The position numbers and the translations under genes are program-made. Source: Takakia lepidozioides (Eukaryota; Plantae; Bryophyta). Taken from it: a DNA stretch of 64,000 nucleotides. Every line of letters begins with the position of its first letter. The first letter of the stretch is position 1. Shown here one piece after another: positions 11,347 to 23,439 of the stretch. The stretch covers positions 13,082,001 through 13,146,000 of the forward strand of contig CM060734.1 in assembly GCA_030704615.1 (NCBI GenBank), given 5' to 3'. The notes beneath the pieces were generated by a model. It ran no database searches. It was given only the letters and a program-made list of their open reading frames with translations, and had not been told where the DNA came from.

Positions 11347-14300
11347 GGCAGTTATGTTTTGAGACTTTTAGGATGAAGGTCTCCTATGTGCGAGTCCATT
11401 TTGTATGATCAGAGCTTTGTCTTGCTCATTTAGATCATGGGCTACATTTCATTGCCACAAGGAACAATATAGGACAGACGACGTAGAATGTCCCATTGTC
11501 TCTCATGACAGTCGTATGGCAATGAAGCACAATTAATATTTTGGAATTCATTGCATGTTGCAGGTCCTAGTTAAGTGATATTGAGTGGTAATGTACGTTG
11601 CTCTATTGGCTGAGCTCATGTTTCATCTTGCTGTTACAATGTTTTTGTGAGGGAAATGTGAGTGATGCATGTCAAAACGTATGTGTTCTCAGCTTGCCTT
11701 GTGTCATGGTGATATGATGTATTTGCAGTGTGAATAGCTTTATGGGCTGTGTAATAAACCCCAGGCAGATCTGAGGAAAGTCCCACAGGGCAATGTTGCA
11801 CTATTGCACACGTATGTAGAATGAACCACGGAATTATGGTGTCATAATGTACACACATATATGCGGAATGAACCACACCTCAACTCAGTCATATCATCCA
11901 CACACCTGTAGAACAAAACACATTATGAACATGTGGATCGTCCACAGGTATGTGGAATCATTGACCACTCCGCGCGTGCAATCTTCCACATTGTGTGCCA
12001 GTGAACCTGTGGCATCTTCCACGGGTATGTGGATGCATTCACAACTCCGCGCGTGCAATCTTCCACATTTGTGTCAAGCCCCTTTGGCTCAATATACTAC
12101 GTGTCACATTCATGTAAGTACACGTGTCGTAAGTGCCTCGTGACATGTGCCATGACCCTAAAGTAACACGCGCCGTCCTTAGGTGATCCGGTTGGTCTGA
12201 AATAGTGCACAGGGTCTCTGGTGTTGCGACAAGTGTCAGCACAGCGTCAGAACACGCGTCCCGAACTTGCTGTGGAAGGTGTGAAATCGGACATGTAGGC
12301 TCAGCCTGTGATAAACGCCTCCACGGCTTTTTCCACATAATCACATGACAGCCATGGCTGTCCATAGGTGTCCGAAAGGACGGGTCTATTCGACACCCAT
12401 GTGGCCCGTGAACAGAGGCAGATTCCACAGAAAAAAATGTGGAAAAAGCCGTGAAAAAAACTGATTTCTAAGGAGAAGGAAACTTGCATAACCTGAGCTC
12501 TGGAAAGGACTGACCAGCAGCCAAGAAGGCTGAGTCAAAGGCCTGAGGCCAACTAATATCCCCAAGGATACACAAAGGCAAGAGGCCTTGGGGGGCAAAG
12601 GTTGAGATTCTTTTGTTGAGGATCTTGTTGAGGCTTTATGGCCATTCCTTTCAGGAATGATGAACTCTCAGACAGTTCAAGAATACATGGAGGAGAATTA
12701 CTGGAAGTGTGCAAATGTTCAGATGCCTGCCGATAGTTCTCACCCTGATTGGATATGGCTAGCGAGATATGCAAATTCCCTAGGGATTACTGACCCTTGT
12801 GTGTTCTTAGGTATGTTACCCCTTTGCCTTCAACTACTTGTTATTTTGTCAACTCTGGCATTATGTCTTATGAGTTGGTTAAGAAGTTAGGGGATTGTAA
12901 GCACGGGAGATCTCCCGTTCCTGCTGCGCACCTTTCATCTGACAACCCTGCTGATTTGTCTAATGACAAAGCTCGGCTCAGTGATGAGCACGTGTGGTTG
13001 GAAGTGAGCTTGAAGACTGGTGAACTGTAGCCCTTTTGGATCGTCGAGGTAGATGCACATGGAGAATTTAAGAACTACATGTAAATGGTAGGGAGTAGCT
13101 TGATGGTGAAGGGAGCTTTCAAGATGCGGCTGAAAAAACAGTTTCCGGATACACATGATGCCATGGACTTCCCTTGGTCTCTGGGCATCGTGCGCCAATC
13201 CATGTTTATGTTATTGATCACATGAACACGATGGAAAGCACTGTTCTGGATGAGTTGGCCTTCTCCATGGCTGAAATGCGTGTTAGCAGCCGTCTTTTGG
13301 GCAGCCTTCGTGGTGGCCACTCCACCAGTACATAGAATGCAAAAGGAACAGTTTATTGTATGTGGAGAGATTGTTAGCAACAATGTATGCCCCATTTCTT
13401 CGTCCACTTCTTAGTATGTATGACATAGTCTGTTTGGCATGAGGACGCGGGATTTTTGCAGTGGATATCCCCGATGTTCTCAATGTGCTTGCATGTGACA
13501 AACTTAGCAAGGCAATATCCATCGGTGAGGCTTATGACACATTAAATTGTGATGTAGCATAATGGGTTTATTACCACTATCCGCATCAATTCCATTTTGT
13601 TGTACAATGCACAACAGTCCTTCTGCCATGCTAGTATCAGAGGACACTTCCCGACAAAGAAGTATTGCATATCTATTGCCACCAATTGTGGACGCCTTCA
13701 AGTCATGGCCCCACTTTTTGCAACATCATTAGTTTGCAAGTCCTGTATGTGTCAATTCCTTCTGCTATGTAGGCCAACACTGAGGCCATGGATGGAGAGC
13801 AGAACATGTGCCTTGTCCATGGTCCAAACATCACAACATTGTATGCAAATTGGTGGTGCTCTAGTGACACCATTTCGTATGATAAACTCCATTTATTTTT
13901 ATTTTTATTTTTTTAGAACAGGGGGATTGTATCCATGTTTTACTTTACTATAAGAGTTTGTATCCCTGTTTTACTTTATTACTTTCTCCAAGGAAATTTA
14001 CGTGAGGCGCATAAATAATAGATGCAATCTGAAGTGTGGTCACATGCTTCCCTGGGGTAGGTGGCACTCAAATTCGGTGTAACATTTTGCCTCTGGCTGA
14101 TTTAACCAAGGCATTTAGGTGTTGTTGTAGAACTATATTGTGTGATGCCATATGCAAAACCCCCTCAAAAGTGACATAGTCATGGTTTCTCCCGCTTGTC
14201 ACGGGACCATCTTTTCACGGGACCAATGTTTTTGTTGGATGATTGTCATCCATTGTCAGATCCATTTGGGAACACATGCAGTGACAAAAGGAAGTTATGT

Positions 14301-15551
14301 TCGCGAGACTGATACAATGCTGAGGTTTTCAGTAGGACAAAACGTGAGAAGATCATAGACAGTTTCCGATAGACAACCAACAGATGGGATTGTGAATGTT
14401 TGCTTTGAAATGCATGAAATGGCACGCGATGAGGTTATGTGCAAGAGAAAACCCTAAATCCCTGATTCTCTCGTTCCTTCCTCGTGGGGTCCTGCAATTG
14501 AGATTGGTGCAGCGCTGAGGTTTTCAGTAGGACAAGACGTGAGAATATCGGAGACAGGTGATAAAGATCAAGATAGCTTCAAACAGCCAGCAGTTGGGAT
14601 TGAGAATGCTTGCAGCAGCCTTCGGAAGTGTCGTGTTCAGTTTCTCTAGTAGTTCTTCTTGTCCCATGGGCTGCATATGGACGTCTCTCTCTCCAGGAGT
14701 GTGGTGACCTAAACTTGTTTGGTAATCGCGTTCACCAGGGCTTCAGAAAGAAGACATGAATGTAAGTCCATCTTTGGTAAGAGGTGGTTGTGCTATAGTA
14801 CTTAGAAAGGTCTTTGAACTTATATGATTTTTGGCATCTTACACTTTGTTTTTAAGCTCATGTCCTCTTGTTTGCAGGGGGAATTGGAGATTGCCAGAGA
14901 CATACTTGTCCCAGTGGTATTGCCGATCCTTGTTCTGAAGCCATGTAGAATCTCTCCTCCTTTGCATTTGTCCTATCCTTTCTCTGAATTGGGTTCATTG
15001 TGCTTGTGTGTGCATATGCACTACAGGATATGTTTAAAGGAAGTTCCAAAAATAAAAAACATTTGATGGATTTGTTCTGGCAGAAAAATCTACATATAAA
15101 GTTACATGGCCTTCGGAAAATTGTCTCCCTACTTTCATTCATAGCATCGTTTTCCAGATGTTGAGAAATAAATGTAACTACTGGTTGTATCGAAGTTTCA
15201 GGGGGGTGATTGCTATAAGCTGCATGCGTAGTGCAGGTATTGGGGGAACCTGCCAACAATGGTGCTTTTGTACAAACGGCTGATATCATGGTCATAGACT
15301 CCAAGACAAACCACAATCTTTTGGGCAGATGTGGAGATGATGATGACATGGACGTGGCATGCTTGGGTCGGTGATGATACTGCAAATTTATAACAATTTT
15401 TGACTGCATGATGATGCTGCCACGGCCTGCTCGATGCTGTAAACAAGTTGTGTTATTCTATGCCCTAGGACCTCCTAAACTGTCCTTCAACCCCTAGTCT
15501 TCATCTCCGTTGGGATTCAGAGCTACCCACCTTGTTACCTGTGCCATCTCC

Positions 15552-15848
15552 AAGGCCTTGTCATACCGGCAGGATATTCTGGAAGAAAACATCCGCCTCA
15601 CCTATGCTGTTCAGGTCTATTATTATTTTTATCTTACCTCATTCTATTGCAACAGTTGGCCATCTTAGCCTAATATGTCCTGAGTTGTAAGCATTATACG
15701 GTGAGACTCTCAAAATGATTGCAGATGGGTGTAGGTGGCAGAACATGAGAGAACAGTCTATGTGCAGTCGTTGATGCCATTAATGTTGGCCGAGTTTGAC
15801 TTGCAACCTCCGGTCACTAATGCGCACTCGATGGTCAGTCACATCAAG
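15552..15848 (+). pseudogene. Two-exon fragment of a conserved plant coiled-coil protein (At5g23490/At5g08440-like, recalled from memory)
   Basis: KALSYRQDILEENIRLTYAVQ |intron 15615-15734| VAEHERTVYVQSLMPLMLAEFDLQPPVTNAHSMVSHIK|gt. Confidence 0.55.
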
Positions 15849-17052
15849 GTTGGTTTGTTGTGGTTCTCTATACATTTCACCATTTCCTTTTGGCTACTGT
15901 CTTGTGTGTTGAAGGCCTCGACTCCATTTGCTTGATAACCCTTGGCATCAACCCACGTGAGTCCTGAGCTGCAACATTGCTATGTGTTATTTTCCAAATT
16001 AAATATTATGGAGTAGACTGTACAATTGAATCCCATTTTGCCAAAGCCAATTTGAAGGGTCTTGAGCATCTTTGCAGCATAAGGACCTTGAACATGATTT
16101 TAGGATACCTTGGTGTTCCCCATATAATTGTTGACCATCAATTCAGTAGCAGGAAGAGATCTGACCAAACCCTTGTATAACCAAAGAAGTTTTATTTCAT
16201 GTGAAGTATATTGATTGCGGGTGGAGGAAGATGTGGCCATGTTTTGAAGCGTAAATATACTCTGTACTTCACATAGGGAATGACCTAACTAGGTGAGAAT
16301 TGTTGAGACTTCAGCTTTGATTACCTTCAGGCTTAAGTAGTCATCAATGGTGCAAATTCGAGCTCACCATAGGGTGTGCTCATGTTTTGAGCAAGGACAT
16401 GGTGTAGAGATTGTCCCATCTTATATGGGCAGGCCTCCATCCACAACGCCACACTGCACTTCTGTTTGTAGATATTGAGGCTCACACTGAACATAGAGAG
16501 GGTATGATTTGTAATAGTGAGTGAAGGGGACGCCGTAAACAATGAAGTGTCACTATCAACAGTGTACCGAGATCATCTATGAGTGGTTGATACTTTGATA
16601 TGTCTTCATCCAATTTGTAGCTCTATTGCAAAATCCTTACTTCTCAGCCACTTGACAGCGCTACATGTGCTACATGTAGTTGTTAATCCAAAGTGGAGAT
16701 TGGGTTACGAATTATTATATGTGATAGATTCCGACTTTGATAGGCTAGAAGCTGCACCTCGCTCTCCACCTGATTGAAAGTTTTATGTATGGTTAATTCT
16801 TGACACAGACTGATCTTTCAAGTTCTTGCCATCAGCCATAAGCAATCAGCAATCAGCTATTAGCAAGGGTCACTTGGTATTTGCCGAAGTGACAAAGCAA
16901 AAGCTTCATCAGCTAATAAACGATTACATATATTAAATTTATTTATCAAGTGGTTTGTCACAATTACATAGAATCCATGGTTTCAATAATAAATCATAAA
17001 TATTGTTTTAGTTTTTCAACATTGTTTTGTATACAATATAATAAGCTTGTTC

Positions 17053-18164
17053 GGGGATTGAAAATGCATGAGCGGTGAGCGCATGAGCATGAGCGGAGTA
17101 TTCCGAACCTTGCCCGAACCTACACCGAGCCACAATGAGAACCGAAAACAAAGCTTCCCGACGTCCCCACGTACCGACTTGTTTATACATAAAGGGGTCA
17201 ATTTCGAATTTGCCAAAAATCATCAAAATTAGGGGGTAGAACGCCTATACCCGTGCCCGGATTTTGGGTAGTATAGTCGCCACCGACTACAACAGAGCAT
17301 GCGAATTAGAATTGTTCGAATTCTACAAATTCGTTCAATTTCAATGTGGTGAAAAAAACTTGGTTATTATTATGTGGCGAAAAGAAGTTGGTTGTTATTA
17401 TAGTCGGCACCGACTACGTCACCCCAGTGGTACAACAACCTTCATAAATTTACGAATTACGTTCATGAGCAGAGGTACTGTGTAGTCGGCACAACCTATA
17501 GTCGGCATAGACTACAGTTGGCATCGACTTCATGTCCGAATGTCATTCCACAAAGTGGAATGTCACTTGTTAAACAGAAACGTAGCCCTAACAAGACAAG
17601 GCCATCACTTTGGCTCCTTTCTATTGTGTTTTCTACATGCACGAGCGGGAAAATGATTGCCGCAAACGTTTCCCACTCCCTCCAATGGCTATAGTCGTTG
17701 TCGACTACTCCTTAAGCGGCCATTGGATACTATTCCACGGAAAATAAATAACAAAGTTCCGAATGTCGGATGCGTCGATTTTAACCATGTTAAAAAAATC
17801 TTGTTTATTACAAAATTTCCTATTACCGCGGACCTATTACCGCGCATTTTTGTCACGCGCCTATACCCGTGATGGAGGTCGCAGTGCCTATAGTCGGCAC
17901 CGACTACCTATCCATTAAATTTTTTTCTCATATAGTCTGCACCGACTATTTAAGTTCGGCAACTCCCAAACCAAATCTCGATAATTTAACCACATCTGCG
18001 GTCTATGGGCCACAACGATGGCTATCGTACCTATTTTTCACCTCAAAAGCAATGGGAAATTGCGTGGTGGCGGGCAAAAATCCGGGAATATTCCTTGGAT
18101 TATGCTCTGCTCATGCTTATATTTGCTCATGCTCATGCTCACCGCTCATGTAAAATCCACACCC
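17053..18164. mobile_element. Non-autonomous MULE (1112 bp) with TIRs and 9-bp TSD
   Basis: Left end GGGGATTGAAAATGCATGAGCGGTGAGC versus right-end reverse complement GGGTGTGGATTTTACATGAGCGGTGAGC. Flanks agcttgttc (17044-17052) and aacttgttc (18165-18173). Internal repeated palindrome TAGTCGGCACCGACTA. Confidence 0.85.
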
Positions 18165-18242
18165 AACTTGTTCGGAATGATATATAGATTCACGTGGCCA
18201 TGCAGACTAATTTGTATTGCTGATTAGTCAAGGTCTTTGTTT

Positions 18243-18883
18243 TGTAAGGTTGTGTATCATGCCTATGCCATGGTGTCTCTATTCTACCCTACTGTATAAT
18301 TTTACAGCTTGCATGAATTAAGCCTCAATCAAGTCATCATCTCCTCTTCACTGTTTCCGCTCTCCGTTACGTCTCCTCCTCCCCTGAAAAAATCGCCCTC
18401 CTCAAGAAGTGATCCCCTTCCTGTTGCCGCTCTGCCTAATCTACCCGCAAGCTGTTCTAACCATCTAACTAACTAACCGTCACCCCTAAAGTAACACGTT
18501 CCCTCTGCAGATGTCGTTCCCTGTCAATGATAACTGTTCCCCATGTACTGTGACAGACTGTGTCAAGCTGTGCCGAGCTGTGACTGGTTGTGTAAAGCTG
18601 TGTCGGGCTGTGACTGGTTGTGCGAAGCTGTGTCGGGCTGTGTCAGACTGTGTATGGATGTGATAGACTGTGACGGGCTTTGTAAAGCTGTGTCTGGCTG
18701 TGATAGACTGTGACGGGCTGTGTAAAGCTGTGTCTGGCTGTGATAGACTGTGACGAGCTGTCTAACCCCCCTAAAGCCTGCGCCTGCCACCCCTAAGGCT
18801 CCTGTTGGTCTCAGTCTGCGCAAAAATTAAGGGTACCCTACAGAACCCGTAAAAGCGTCTAAGTCCCAAGCAGCCCTTTAACA
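18243..18883 (-). repeat. 3' LTR of the adjacent gypsy element, with an internal ~20-40-bp minisatellite (18551-18762)
   Basis: Minus strand: polypurine tract AAAGGGGGAGGGG immediately precedes TGTTAAAGG (18883). Candidate end ..CCTTACA at 18243. No 5' LTR is present to confirm the far boundary. Confidence 0.65.
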
Positions 18884-18921
18884 TTACCCCTCCCCCTTTC
18901 AAAAAGCAGTGTCCTCACGGT

Positions 18922-21900
18922 TTACTGTTTGGGATCAGCAAACCTTTGTGAGCGAACACCCTTCTGTCGGTGAGAGTCTCGTGAAGGACTCCATGTGCGA
19001 GCCCGAGTCCTGTCACTGGCTGATGGAGATGATTGAGCACTACCTGGAAATGTCTGACCCTCCTTTGGCTGATAACGAGGTAACCTCTCAGGCATAGGAG
19101 ATCCCCGTCGTTTCTTCTCTGCCATCTGAAGTGCATAATCCTCTGCCATGTCAAAAGAGTCCTCTGAAGAAACAGTAGTATCAGAATCCTCGTCCCCCCT
19201 TAGGTGTTTTAACGGCCGAACTTTAAGTGGTTTCTCGGGAATCCTTCGTGGCATACAATGTAGGCCCACCATGTCTGGAAGTTCAAACTGTGCGACTTGC
19301 TGTAAGCGCTTGCAAGCAAAATTAGTGAACGCCCTGAACTCCTTAGCCGTATAGGTGAGAGGTGTGCCAATGACTTTGGAATAGTGTAAGTATTTCCAGG
19401 CTTCATGTCCCTTAAAGAAAATATCCTCAGGGCCGAATTTCTGTGTTGCCAAATTGTTCCAAGCCGAATTAAACCATAAACGAAGTTGGGAATCCTTCTG
19501 CATCATAATTTTTGCATCATATAGGTACATATGAGGTGGCACTGAAGGTAAGACCCAATGATCCCCACTGGAATAACTCAGAAATCGTGATTGCATCTTC
19601 TGCTGCTCCAATGTGATAACGTGCCATAAAACAAACAGCATAGTATAATCCACAGCCCATGACAATACTAGATACCTCCTTGGTCTTGGTATAGATGTAC
19701 CCATGTACAACCTGGAAGACAATTAATTCCTTCAGCATGGTACTTGCCTCAGACCAGTACCTTGCAAAGTGATGATCCTCAATGGGTCGATTGTTCGGAA
19801 GAACCTTAGTCCGAGTTGCCACTGGCAACCAAATGCGCATGATCTGGTAGTAATGTGCCAACGATTGCGGAGGACTAAATTCCTTCCAAGCCAAATCCAG
19901 CACAATGGGAATTTGGTTGAAGGGCATAATCATAGCCCGACTGTACTCCCGTGCAGCAGGAGTCCTAGGTGGGTTAAAAGCAGCATCCCCCCATACCTCA
20001 GGCTGTGGTTTGGCTGTAGTAGCAACAGGGTCAACTACCTGCACAGGCACCTGCTGTGGTATTGGTACCAGTGGCCCTTCTACCACTGGCATCTCCTTGC
20101 ACCCCCTGCAAAGAAGATTGAAAAATTAGAGTCATGGCATGTAAATAAGTAGCCATCAGCTGCTCCTCAAGAACAAAAACTCTCTTGTGAATATTTGAAC
20201 TCGGGTCATCCACTTGAGTCTGCACGCCTTCCACATCCTCCTGTAGCTCCGCTATTCTACTATAGACATTGTCTATAGTATTTGTGGTAATGTTCTGCAC
20301 CTGCAATTTGAGCTCATTCATCTCGCCCTGGGTGAGTTTCCTTGGTGCTTTGCCTTCTACCGGCCCTTGTACTAACCAGACCTGCATAAGGTGGTTATCC
20401 ACCAAGTCCTGTGTGGCACCCCTGAGAGTCTGCTCCTCCGTGAGTCTGTACACATCTAACTGCTGCTGTAAAGCCTCCATGCGCTTCGCATGAGGTTCAA
20501 CTAGGCCCGCATAGGCAGCAGGCAGATTATTGGTTTCCTTCCAAGCCTTGTTAGCCACAGAGAGTTCATTTCTATTGACCATGACTGTTTGTTGCAACTC
20601 CAAGATGTACCTCTCCTGGTCAGCCTCAACCTGTCTATACTGTTGGAAAGTATTCTCATTGCGACAAATTGTAGCCTACAAATCAACAATGAGTTTCCCT
20701 TGCTCTATTACCTTAGCTTCTGCCATCATACATCTCTCCCCTTGTTCGTTAACTTCTAATGCAGTTTGCTCTAGAGCAGTTGTGAGTGTAACACATTATA
20801 TGGTCATCCTCTGATGTACTGCCTCCAATTCTGTATGTAGTACGTTCACTTCTTGCAACTTGCCCTCATGCTTCATCTGCAATTGGTATAACTGTTGCTT
20901 ATGTGCTTCATGCAACTGGTCCTGCTCGAGACCTGCTTCAATCAAATGTCCCTTAGCCAACTGCAAGGCAGCCTTTGTGTCCTCCAACTCTTGTTGTAAC
21001 TTGAGATTGACCTCCTCATCTACCTTATTAGCACATTCAGTGGCAATTCGAGTCTCAAACTCCTTCCTGAGTTCCTCCCTCAAAGCTGCCAATTGGGTAG
21101 ATGGAACATGGGATTTCACATAAGTGCCCAACAAATTGAGTGTCATGCTTATGGAACTCATAAGCATGGCCTGCTGAGGGTCATCATGGTGAACTTGCTG
21201 TTGTTCTCCCTGATCTTCCACAGTGTGATGCTTCACCAACCATTCAGGCCATTGCCCCACCAGATCCTCTTCCTGAACCACCTCATCCTCCACTGGTGCT
21301 GCAGTGTCTTTATATTCTACCCCTGGTACCTCCGTCACAGGTGTGGGTATTACATGCACAGTAGGGATTTCCCTGGACAGACTCTACACCTCTGGTACCA
21401 CTGATTCCCTGAACAAGCCAGAGTTTTCATAGAGAAGGTCACCCTTCTCAATTTCTGCCACGACCTACTCTGTAGTGGGAATGTCCAACCCTTCTCTTTC
21501 CAGAGCAATAGGCTCTGGTGGAACAGCATGTACTAACTGAGGTACCTCTGAGACAACCGATTCAACTGGCTGTGATGGCTGTGGTACCAAAGTGACTTCT
21601 TCTTCCCTCTCCAAAGGTCGTGCTTTTAGTAATAACAGCCCTCTGTGCTGCTGTGCCCTATCCTGCACAAGAGCTTGAGAAACATCATCTTGCGGCTTTC
21701 TTGAAGCCAGTGGATCCGCCACTACAGTCATACCCCTCTTCTGTCTCTTAGACTGGTGTTGCTCTGCCAGTCCACCCTCACTATGTGAAGAACCCTGCTC
21801 CTCCATTGCAGTGGTTGTTGCCTCAAACACTCCCATCTCCTTACGTTCTCGCGCATCAAGTATGCAAGAGTCAAGAATGATCTGAGCAATGACTGGGCTA

Positions 21901-22697
21901 GACACGATGATTGGAGACTTAGCAGCAGTGCCCTGTAACCTCTTCATCTCTTCCACCAGACCATTGTACATTAACTCTGCCCAAGCTACATCCTCTCCTC
22001 GCAAGGCTTTCAGTATCTCCTCTGTGAATGACTTGCTCAAATACTGTTGGTTCTGTTTCATGGCAAACAGAATGTTCAGTATTTGGCCAACATCTCTGAG
22101 CCCTGGGTACTCAGCTTTGGTGCAAGCGTAACCTTGAGTCTTAAAGAAACTCCCTTCTTGGAACAAATTCCATATCTGCAATCTTGCCATGTGCTCATCC
22201 ACATCCACATGACCCGATGACAATTCAAACAATTGCTGCAGGTACTGGGGAGTAATTTCTATATCTACTCCCCTCACCTGGGTTACTCCCGTCCTAGGCT
22301 CAAAATTCTGAAGAAATTGAAGCATATATTGCCGATGATGCAAGGACCAGTCCTTGCGTAGCAGCCCCTCCAATCGCAACTCCCTCAGCAGCTGCACTGC
22401 CTGCGGTATAGCAATTGTTTGCTTCTGCAGTATCGTGGTGCTCTTCATCTTGATATCCTCCATTCCCCTCACTCTCTTCATTCTAGACAAGCAAAAAGGC
22501 CTTGTTTGAAACAGCTGAAGAAAAGCTTGCAGGGTACAGAGCATAAAGGTATGGTTGGCACAGAATGGAACGGGTAAGTGCGTGTAAGCCTGTGGGGCTT
22601 GCAAGTATCGAGTGAGAGAGAATGTACTCTCAACCCGTCCGTCCTTGTGCCACTGTGTGAGAAGTAAAGCGAGCGTGTAATCTGTAATATCCGACAT
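18922..22697 (-). pseudogene. Long extra ORF 3' of pol (plant-transposon/Athila ORF-like N-terminal domain, coiled coil, unknown C-terminal domain), fragmented
   Basis: ORFs 21465-22697, 20796-21359, 20031-20603, 19517-20092 and 18922-19722 join across stops and frameshifts. The N-terminal domain is homologous to 57511-58220. Confidence 0.7.
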
Positions 22698-23439
22698 AGC
22701 TACAAAGCTATAGCTTTGATTGACGCTGGTTATTCGGAGCCACCCCGACTCTCGCGCTCATAACCCTGCTAATTTATTGCTCTTGTTTCTTGGAGGAAAC
22801 CGCCTGCATGTAATTCTCGTTCGTGATTGGCTGTTGCCTCCTTGGGTAACTTCTTAATTTAACTCCCCTCAGTGGACTTTCCCCCCTGGAATGTCCACTA
22901 GGATAGCACATGCGGCAAAGATCCCCTTTTTCTGTACTCGTAAAGGGTTCCGTTACCCTTGCCCTGAATGCATTAATGGGCCCACAAATAGTTTTGCGGT
23001 GTGCTTCGCCCTGGCGACCACGGGTTTGTTTCTAGACCTACCTCCGTCTTTCCCTGTTCACGTGGCATTTTCTCCGAGTTTGACTTCCAAGCTGTCTTTT
23101 CTTCCGCCGGCCACTTTTCGGACGTTAACCCACGTCCACCTGTTACTGAACCTATTGACTGTGTAACCCGCGTGGGCTGTGTTGGGCTGTGACAGGCTGT
23201 GTCAAACTGTGGTGGGCTGTGATAAACTGTGTGGCACTGTTGTAGGCTGTGATAGGCTGTGTGATGTTGTGGTGGGCTGTGATATCTATGCGAACACCCG
23301 TGTTCTCCACTCAGGCCATACACATTCGGCTTTACGACAAGTGCTTCATGCTCCGTTGGTATTACCGGTGCAGCCCGTGACTGTTTCTGTGTTTTAATAT
23401 GCAAGTCGTGCTGCAATGGTTTGTCATGGATACCACTGT

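Noticed and set aside
18922-22697. True retroviral envelope gene
   Set aside because: No signal peptide or convincing in-frame transmembrane helix seen; reported only as an extra ORF.
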